From NCBI GenBank assembly GCA_963805065.1, contig CAWDSS010000010.1, forward strand, positions 920,359 through 984,358: a stretch of DNA of 64,000 nucleotides, given 5' to 3'. Positions 10,064-16,394 of this stretch are shown piece by piece; position 1 is the first letter of the stretch, and each line of letters opens with the position of its first letter. This DNA is from Candidatus Omnitrophota bacterium. GTDB taxonomy: Bacteria; Omnitrophota; Gorgyraeia; Gygaellales; Profunditerraquicolaceae. The position numbers and the translations under genes are program-made. The notes beneath the pieces were generated by a model. That model ran no database searches and was not told the origin of the DNA. It was given only the letters and a program-made list of their open reading frames with translations.

Positions 10064-10232
10064 CCCCCACTGCTTCGCTTTGCGAAGCAAAGCGTGGGGG
10101 TTAATTCGCGCATATAACTTACTCACACTTACGTGTTCGTAAGTTTATTGTTTGAAGATCCCCTCTCAAGCAAGAGAACCGAGGGGATTAATTCGCACAA
10201 TGGCTTACTCACACTTACATGTTCGTAAGTCA
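10064..10232 (+). repeat. Two tandem hairpin-plus-box modules
   Basis: Each unit is a GC-rich hairpin (CCCCCAC...GTGGGGG; ATCCCCTC...GAGGGGAT) followed by TTAATTCGCRCA and CTTACTCACACTTACRTGTTCGTAAGT (itself a hairpin, ACTTAC/GTAAGT). Confidence 0.6.
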
Positions 10233-10269
10233 TGTGCTCATTAATTGTAAACCAGAAATACTAATTAAG

Positions 10270-10297
10270 TTGACAATTCCCCCGGCATTTATATAAT
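10270..10297 (+). promoter_or_regulatory. Consensus sigma70-type promoter upstream of the TonB-dependent receptor leader
   Basis: TTGACA (10270-10275), 16-nt spacer, TATAAT (10292-10297). Confidence 0.6.
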
Positions 10298-10306
10298 AAA
10301 TGTCGG

Positions 10307-10492
10307 GTTTTTATTTTGTGGGTCCTGCCGAGGCTTGTTTTCGCAGCATCGCTCGATTTTCCCCAGCGTGGAAAATCTTCGCTCAAGCGGAAGCCTTCGC
10401 TCTTGGATACTTTTCTAACGAGGCAAACCATACCCGCTCCGGCTTCCTTATGTGCTGCTCAAATCAAGCCTCGTCACCCACAAAATAAAAAC
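10307..10492 (+). repeat. Structured palindromic element, copy 1 (candidate ncRNA or leader element)
   Basis: The termini are reverse complements over ~30 nt. Internal 8-bp hairpin GATTTTCC-CCAGCGT-GGAAAATC (10355-10377) and stem GGAAGCC...GGCTTCC. Homologous copies at 12370-12556 and 37616-37877. Confidence 0.7.
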
Positions 10493-10518
10493 TTGTCCAT
10501 AGATTATTTACTAAAATT

Positions 10519-12342
10519 ATGGCTATAATTATTAATTTATTATTGGTTTTTGTTTTTGTGGCGAAGGGGTTTTGCGATGAAGCGCAAGATTTAGGCAAGA
10601 TTGTTGTGAAATCGGCAGGAACAAATTACGAGAGAGCCGATTCGCTCAAAAATAACTATAGCCTGCAGACGGTGGATGGCTCTGAAATAAAAGAAAATAA
10701 TCCTGAATCTGTGGCGGATGTATTAAATTATGTTTCGGGCATGGATTTACGTTACAGGTCAGGCATGGGGGTGCAGGGGGACTTATCTTTAAGGGGTTCA
10801 ACTTACGAACAGGTAGCGGTTTTAATAGACGGCGTGGCAGTAAATGACCCGCAGACCGGCCACTACAGTTTGGATATACCACTCACTGCTTTTGATGTTG
10901 AAAAGGTGGAAGTATTGAAAGAGCCGGCTAGCAGCCTATATGGCCCTAATGCTTTGGCGGGAAGCGTAAATATTATTACTAAGAAGCCTGATAAACAAAG
11001 TTTGCAGTTGGATTCTTCTTTTGGCCAGCATGCGTTATTCGGGCAGGCATTTTCTCTAAGCATTCCTAATGATAATTTATCAGGCAGGTTATCGTTCGAT
11101 CACGATATATCCCAGGCTGCCAGGCCGAATACGGATTTCCAATATTATACGACATCGCTGTATTTAAACAGGAAATTGGATAACTTGGAATTAGATACTT
11201 TATTTGGCTATCAGAAAAAAGATTACGGCGCAGATAGTTTTTATTCCAACCTGTTTAACGAGGAAGAGGAGCACACCGAAACTATTTTTATAAAAACCGG
11301 TTTTAACCTTACCGAAGAATTCGGGTCGCTAGAGAACAATTTATTTTTACGCAGGCACAAGGATAAATTTATCCTGGAAAGAAATGACCCCACCTCTGTG
11401 AATTATCACACTACGTATGTATACGGCTTTAATTCAAATTTAGATTCTCCGCTTGAATATGGCGATTTGTTATGCGGCCTTGACTTGGGAGAAGAAGAAA
11501 TTAACTCCACTAATTTAGGCCAGCACCAAAGACCCCATGGGGCAGGTTCTGCAGGATTTGTTCCGTATTTGGGGGATAGGTTAAGCCTGGATTCCAGGGC
11601 GAGATTAGATTATTACCAAGATCGGGGATGGAATGAGTCATTTAATCTTGGTGCAGGATACGTAATCATAGACCAGAAGTTAAAACTAAAAAGCTCATTA
11701 GCCAGGAGTTTTAGAATTCCCAGCTTTACGGAATTATATTATTCTGACCCGGCGAATATAGGTAATCCTAATCTTAAGACAGAGAAGACCGATAGCGTAA
11801 GTTTAGGCATAAACTTTATCCAGGATTTTCTTGATTTCCAAATTAACGGCTTCTACCGAAGGGGAAAGAATTTGATTGATTGGGTAAGGCAATCTACCTC
11901 CGATCCCTGGAGCGCTACCAATTTAGGCAGGGTTGATTATCGGGGCATAGAGTTCAGTTCCAAAATAAATACGGACTTAAATTTCAGGTATTTTAATTTA
12001 CAAGACGCCGTATTTTCCTATAACTATATCAGCCCTGATGAAAAAGCAACCGGTTTCATTTCCAAGTATGCCTTGGATGTGTTGCAACACCAGTATATTT
12101 TAGACCTGAATTCTAGACTTATGGGCCTGAATTTCAATTGGCAATTGTCTTATAACCAGAGGTATTATGGCGAGACATACTTTATCGGCAACCTATATAT
12201 AGGTAAGAGATTCCCGGTAAGGGATTTTATTTTCGAGCCCTATATAAAGATCGATAATTTAACCAATACAAAATATTCGCAAATTTCAGGCGTGCTTGAA
12301 CCGGGGAGGTGGATCAAGGGGGGCTTGAAATTCGAATGGTAA
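10519..12342 (+). CDS. TonB-dependent outer-membrane receptor
   Basis: Signal peptide; plug-domain motifs (DLSLRGS, VLIDGVAVND); long beta-barrel region ending GGLKFEW. Confidence 0.85.
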   Translation: MAIIINLLLVFVFVAKGFCDEAQDLGKIVVKSAGTNYERADSLKNNYSLQTVDGSEIKENNPESVADVLNYVSGMDLRYRSGMGVQGDLSLRGSTYEQVAVLIDGVAVNDPQTGHYSLDIPLTAFDVEKVEVLKEPASSLYGPNALAGSVNIITKKPDKQSLQLDSSFGQHALFGQAFSLSIPNDNLSGRLSFDHDISQAARPNTDFQYYTTSLYLNRKLDNLELDTLFGYQKKDYGADSFYSNLFNEEEEHTETIFIKTGFNLTEEFGSLENNLFLRRHKDKFILERNDPTSVNYHTTYVYGFNSNLDSPLEYGDLLCGLDLGEEEINSTNLGQHQRPHGAGSAGFVPYLGDRLSLDSRARLDYYQDRGWNESFNLGAGYVIIDQKLKLKSSLARSFRIPSFTELYYSDPANIGNPNLKTEKTDSVSLGINFIQDFLDFQINGFYRRGKNLIDWVRQSTSDPWSATNLGRVDYRGIEFSSKINTDLNFRYFNLQDAVFSYNYISPDEKATGFISKYALDVLQHQYILDLNSRLMGLNFNWQLSYNQRYYGETYFIGNLYIGKRFPVRDFIFEPYIKIDNLTNTKYSQISGVLEPGRWIKGGLKFEW

Positions 12343-12369
12343 TTAATGAATCTTTCATTTCCTCGCTTG

Positions 12370-12556
12370 ATTGATTTTTTGCGGGTCCTGCCGAGGCACG
12401 TTCCTCGCGTCATCGCTCGCAATTCCCCAGCGTGGAATTGCTTCGCTCAAGCGGAAGCCTTCGCTCTTGGATACTTGTTTAACGAGGCAAACCATGCCCG
12501 CTTCGGCTTCCTTATGTGCCGCTCGTAACATGCCTCGTCACCCGCAAAAAATCAAT
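12370..12556 (+). repeat. Structured palindromic element, copy 2
   Basis: Same orientation as copy 1. Hairpin GCAATTCC-CCAGCGT-GGAATTGC (12419-12441). The termini ATTGATTTTTTGCGGGT and ACCCGCAAAAAATCAAT are mutually complementary. Confidence 0.7.
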
Positions 12557-12675
12557 TTTAATGCTCGAAGGTAAGTCAGATTCATTTACAGTACATTACA
12601 ACTACTTTTCAAGCGCCTTGTATATTAGCAAGGCTCTTCGCTTCGCTCAGAGTTAAATTTTCTTGCAACTACGTT

Positions 12676-12867
12676 AATGAAAATTTAAGTGTCTTGGAGT
12701 GATGCCAAGCGGGCTTCTATAGGGGTCCCCGCGAGGGGTGTGTGCTAGGAAAATTTGACGAGCACACACCCCGAAGCAGGGGAAACTTTCGCCCCGCGAC
12801 AAACACTCCAAGTCAGGCCCCGCGTAGTGTAGGGCGCGAGAAGAATAAATAACTTTAAATTTTCATT
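12676..12867 (+). ncRNA. GC-rich nested-stem domain (candidate structured RNA, class unknown)
   Basis: Closing stem 12676-12689 / 12853-12867; 9-bp stem CTTGGAGTG (12693-12701) / CACTCCAAG (12804-12812); 12-bp stem GGGGTGTGTGCT (12735-12746) / AGCACACACCCC (12761-12772); several G4/C4 tracts. Confidence 0.35.
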
Positions 12868-12904
12868 TTTATAGATATAATATTTGTAGCAAAGGAGAGA
12901 ATGA

Positions 12905-13195
12905 ATGTTTATACATGCGGTGTTATTTGAAATGCAGGCTAAGGAAGTAAGGGATTACCGTAATGACAGCTTGATGTGGGCAAGATTCGTTAAGAAATCA
13001 AAGGGATTCATTGTCTATTATACCATGAAGCGCTACGGCCATAAAAACCAGTATGTTTCCATTTATGAATGGAAGGCCAAAATTGACCATGACCGCTTCA
13101 TGAATAAGTATCACGATTGGCTGGAGGCTAAATCCAAGGCAAGGGTAACAGTCTTAGGCTATTATAATCTTAAGGAAGTTGATAAGGTTAAGTAA
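12905..13195 (+). CDS. Small protein, weak ABM/Dabb-like resemblance
   Basis: 96-aa ORF with an SD (AAAGGAGAG) just upstream and a GATATAAT -10 element at 12874-12881. The fold assignment is weak. Confidence 0.5.
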   Translation: MFIHAVLFEMQAKEVRDYRNDSLMWARFVKKSKGFIVYYTMKRYGHKNQYVSIYEWKAKIDHDRFMNKYHDWLEAKSKARVTVLGYYNLKEVDKVK

Positions 13196-13202
13196 AAAAA
13201 AG

Positions 13203-13231
13203 TTGACAAACCCGTAAATTTAGTGTATATT
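13203..13231 (+). promoter_or_regulatory. Promoter of csp gene 1
   Basis: TTGACA (13203-13208), 17-nt spacer, TATATT (13226-13231). This gives a ~120-nt leader. Confidence 0.6.
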
Positions 13232-13267
13232 TTATCCTGTAGTAAATAAGGGAGTAGAAATCTTGGG

Positions 13268-13304
13268 CCGTAAGGTAGAGAGTAACTCACCTTACGGTTT
13301 TTTT
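13268..13304 (+). terminator. Terminator-like hairpin plus U-run inside the csp 5' leader (possible attenuator)
   Basis: CCGTAAGGT (13268-13276) pairs with ACCTTACGG (13289-13297), followed by 7 T. It lies 50 nt upstream of the csp ATG. Confidence 0.6.
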
Positions 13305-13354
13305 CTGCCATTATTTACTATTAAAAATTATAGTAGAAAGGAGGGTAGTAAGTA

Positions 13355-13555
13355 ATGGCAAGAGGTAAAGTAAAGTGGTTCTCAAACCAAAAAGGTTATG
13401 GGTTTATTACTCCTGAGTCTGGAAGTGATGTATTCGTGCATCACACAGCGATCCAGGGTGATGGCTATAAGACTTTAGAGGAAGGCCAGGAAGTCGAGTT
13501 TGAAATCGAAAAAGGCCCTAAAGGCGAACAAGCTACAAAAGTAGTTAAGTTATAA
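13355..13555 (+). CDS. cspA: Cold-shock protein (CspA family)
   Basis: 66 aa with RNP1 KGYGFI and RNP2 VFVHH motifs. Confidence 0.95.
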   Translation: MARGKVKWFSNQKGYGFITPESGSDVFVHHTAIQGDGYKTLEEGQEVEFEIEKGPKGEQATKVVKL

Positions 13556-13573
13556 CCTAAAAAGTAAACAGAT

Positions 13574-13605
13574 AAGGCCTAAGCTTTGCTTGGGCCTTAT
13601 TTCTT
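13574..13605 (+). terminator. Rho-independent terminator after csp
   Basis: AAGGCCTAAGC / GCTTGGGCCTT stem with a TTT loop, followed by a T-rich tract. Confidence 0.7.
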
Positions 13606-13767
13606 AAAGAATTATCAAAGGTATCCTTAAGTAAAGGGGGTACCTTTTTTATTATTAAGGCAGTAACATTATGATATAATTATAGATATGAACCCCGCAC
13701 CTTTTAAGAATTTAGTGATTTATAAAATAACAGGTGCAGGGTTAGTGAATAGGAAAGAAGGCGCGGG

Positions 13768-14832
13768 GTGAAGAAACGGGTTGTTGTGGCAATGAGTGGC
13801 GGAGTGGATTCTTCTGTAGCAGCTGCTTTGCTGAGAAGTGCGGGTTATGAAGTCATAGGAATAACCATGTGTTTTAACCTGCCTGATTCTAAACGCAAAA
13901 GACCTAACTGTTGTTCAGTGTCCAGCATAGATGATGCCTCCCGCGTGGCTCATAAATTAGGCATAAAGCATTATACGCTAAACTTACAAAAGGCCTTGCA
14001 AGAAAACGTAATAAAGGAATTCTGCCTGGAATATTTGAATGGCCGCACTCCTAACCCCTGCGTAAGGTGCAACCAGTATATTAAGTTTGACTGCTTGTTA
14101 AACAAGGCGCTGTCCCTTGATGCGGATTTTCTTGCCACGGGGCATTACGCGCGGATAACTAAAGGCGATGATTATGTACTCAAAAAAGGCAGGGATAAAT
14201 TTAAAGACCAGTCATATTTTTTATATAGATTAGGGCAGAAACAGCTTAAGCACATTTTATTTCCCCTCGGTAATTACACCAAGCCGCAGGTGCGGGGCTT
14301 GGCAAATAATTTTGGCCTTCCTGTGGCTGACAAATTAGCCAGCCAGGAAATCTGTTTTTTAGCAGGTACGGATTACCGAGCCTTTTTAAAGGCGAGGATT
14401 AGCAAAAAGATAAAACCCGGTAAGGTTATTGATAAAGACGGCAATATCCTTGGCAAACACCAGGGCATTGCATTTTACACTATCGGCCAGAGGGAAGGCC
14501 TGGGTATTGCCAAAGGATTCCCCTTATACATAACCAAAATAGACCCTCTGAAAAATCAGATTACTGTTGGGCCAAAAGAAGAAGTTTTAAAGCAGGAATT
14601 TTTGGTTAAGGATTTGAATTTTATCCTTACTCCCATAAAAAAGAAGGTTGTCCTTAAAGTCAAGATAAGGTATAATCACAAAGAAGCAAAAGCCCAGTTA
14701 ATTCCCGTAAAGGATGGAATTAGAGTTAAATTCACTCGGGCACAGTTTGCCATTACCCCCGGACAATCAGCAGTATTCTATGATAAAGAAACCTTGGTAG
14801 GCGGAGGAATAATCGAAAGGGTGTGGGATTAG
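13768..14832 (+). CDS. mnmA: tRNA-specific 2-thiouridylase
   Basis: PP-loop SGGVDSS, 354 aa, typical MnmA C-terminal barrel region. GTG start. Confidence 0.9.
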   Translation: MKKRVVVAMSGGVDSSVAAALLRSAGYEVIGITMCFNLPDSKRKRPNCCSVSSIDDASRVAHKLGIKHYTLNLQKALQENVIKEFCLEYLNGRTPNPCVRCNQYIKFDCLLNKALSLDADFLATGHYARITKGDDYVLKKGRDKFKDQSYFLYRLGQKQLKHILFPLGNYTKPQVRGLANNFGLPVADKLASQEICFLAGTDYRAFLKARISKKIKPGKVIDKDGNILGKHQGIAFYTIGQREGLGIAKGFPLYITKIDPLKNQITVGPKEEVLKQEFLVKDLNFILTPIKKKVVLKVKIRYNHKEAKAQLIPVKDGIRVKFTRAQFAITPGQSAVFYDKETLVGGGIIERVWD

Positions 14833-15750
14833 ATGGTAAAGAAATTCGAAGAATTGGCAGTTAAGATAAAGGAATTAAAGAGGAAACGTAACGCCGTAAT
14901 ACTGGCGCATAATTATCAGCTTCCTGAAGTCCAGGAAGTAGCTGATTACCGCGGCGATTCTCTGGAGCTAAGCCGCATTGCCGCAAAAACAGAGGCAAAA
15001 GTAATTGTTTTCTGCGGTGTGCATTTCATGGCAGAGACAGCTTCGATTCTTAGCCCGGAAAAATTAGTCATCGTGCCGGATATTTTTGCAGGCTGCCCTA
15101 TGGCCAATATGATTACTGCCCAAGATTTACGGAAACTAAAACAGGAACATCCCAAGGCAGCAGTCGTAGGCTATGTGAATACTTCAGCAGAGGTAAAAGC
15201 AGAATTAGATTATTGCTGTACTTCTACGAACGCCATAGCAGTAGTCAATGCATTAAAGGACAGAGAAGAAATAATTTTCGTGCCTGACAAATACCTTGCC
15301 GATTATGTGTCAAAAGAGACGGGAAGGAAATTAATTTCCTGGAATGGCTATTGCCCTACGCACGTAAAGATTCTGCCCGAGGATATCAAAAGAGAAAAGA
15401 AATTTCATCCTAAGGCTAAAGTGATTGTGCATCCAGAGTGCTTATCCCAGGTAGCTGCCCTCGCGGATGCAGTTCTTTCTACCAGCCAAATGTCCAAATT
15501 TGCCAGGGAAACAAATGCCAAAGAAATAATCGTGGGCACCGAAGTCGGCCTTATTTACCGTTTGAAAAAAGATAATCCTACAAAAGAGTTCTATCCGGCT
15601 TCTGAGCGCGCGGTTTGCCCGAACATGAAACGCACAACCCAGGAGAAAATTCTCTGGGCTTTGGAAGAGTTGAAAGAGGAAGTCAGAGTGCCTGACGACA
15701 TTAGAACGAAAGCCAGACTTGCTATAGACAGGATGCTTCAAATAGTTTAA
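14833..15750 (+). CDS. nadA: Quinolinate synthase
   Basis: 305 aa; NadA-type sequence (ILAHNYQ, GVHFMAETA, VHPEC). Confidence 0.9.
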   Translation: MVKKFEELAVKIKELKRKRNAVILAHNYQLPEVQEVADYRGDSLELSRIAAKTEAKVIVFCGVHFMAETASILSPEKLVIVPDIFAGCPMANMITAQDLRKLKQEHPKAAVVGYVNTSAEVKAELDYCCTSTNAIAVVNALKDREEIIFVPDKYLADYVSKETGRKLISWNGYCPTHVKILPEDIKREKKFHPKAKVIVHPECLSQVAALADAVLSTSQMSKFARETNAKEIIVGTEVGLIYRLKKDNPTKEFYPASERAVCPNMKRTTQEKILWALEELKEEVRVPDDIRTKARLAIDRMLQIV

Positions 15751-15763
15751 AAGAAGGTGCGGG

Positions 15764-16390
15764 GTGAACATCCCTGTTATTTACGAAGATGATTGGCTGT
15801 TAGTTGTGGACAAACCTGCCGGGCTTCTTGTGGTACCAACTCCCAGGAATGAATCGCGCACCTTAAGCAGCATACTGGATGAGGAGTACAAAAATAGAGG
15901 TTTTACTTATAATTTATACCCCTGCCACAGGATTGACCGCGAAACCTCAGGCCTGGTTATTTATGCCAAAGGAAAATCTATCCAGCAAAAAATGATGGAA
16001 TTATTCAGGCAGAAGAAAATTAAAAAAACCTACGTTGCATTCGTTCAAGGCAATATTTCCCGAATGCAGGGAGAGATTGCTAAGCCTATTGAGGGCGCAC
16101 CTTCTGTAACCAAATACAGGGCTTTGGAAAACAGGAAAGATTTCAGTATCCTGGAATTAAACCCCTTGACTGGGCGCACAAACCAGATCAGGCTTCACCT
16201 TAAAAGCATCGGCCATCCGATCGTCGGGGAAACGCGGTTTGCTTTTAGAAAAGATTTTGCGCTGAAGGCAAAGAGGATGTGCCTGCACGCAAAATCTTTA
16301 GAATTTATTCATCCTAAAACCAATAGGCCCCTACTAATAACCTCTGAGCTGGCAGGGGATTTAAAAGAATTCTTGCATAAACACTCCTGA
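15764..16390 (+). CDS. RluA-family pseudouridine synthase
   Basis: Catalytic motif HRIDRETSG and conserved RTNQIRLH. GTG start. Confidence 0.85.
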   Translation: MNIPVIYEDDWLLVVDKPAGLLVVPTPRNESRTLSSILDEEYKNRGFTYNLYPCHRIDRETSGLVIYAKGKSIQQKMMELFRQKKIKKTYVAFVQGNISRMQGEIAKPIEGAPSVTKYRALENRKDFSILELNPLTGRTNQIRLHLKSIGHPIVGETRFAFRKDFALKAKRMCLHAKSLEFIHPKTNRPLLITSELAGDLKEFLHKHS

Positions 16391-16394
16391 TAAT

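Noticed and set aside
10064-10232. A CRISPR-like array, considered for the tandem hairpin units and the other recurring repeats.
   Set aside because: There are only two units, the variable parts are hairpins rather than spacers, and there is no regular repeat-spacer periodicity and no cas genes.
10276-10518. A cobalamin or TPP riboswitch in the TonB-dependent receptor leader.
   Set aside because: I found no B12 box (GCCACTG-type core), no GGGAA/GGTG elements and no TPP CTGAGA / ACCTGATCTGGATAATGCCAGCG-type core. The same element also occurs downstream of the gene and next to the R-M genes.
10300-10528. ORFs 10300-10488 and 10316-10528 (62 and 70 aa) as small protein genes.
   Set aside because: They lie entirely within structured-element copy 1. 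Their similarity to the ORFs in copy 2 only reflects nucleotide conservation. The substitutions between copies are pairing-preserving on both arms rather than synonymous, and there is no SD.
12346-12574. ORFs 12346-12528 and 12371-12574 as small protein genes.
   Set aside because: The same argument applies: they read through structured-element copy 2.
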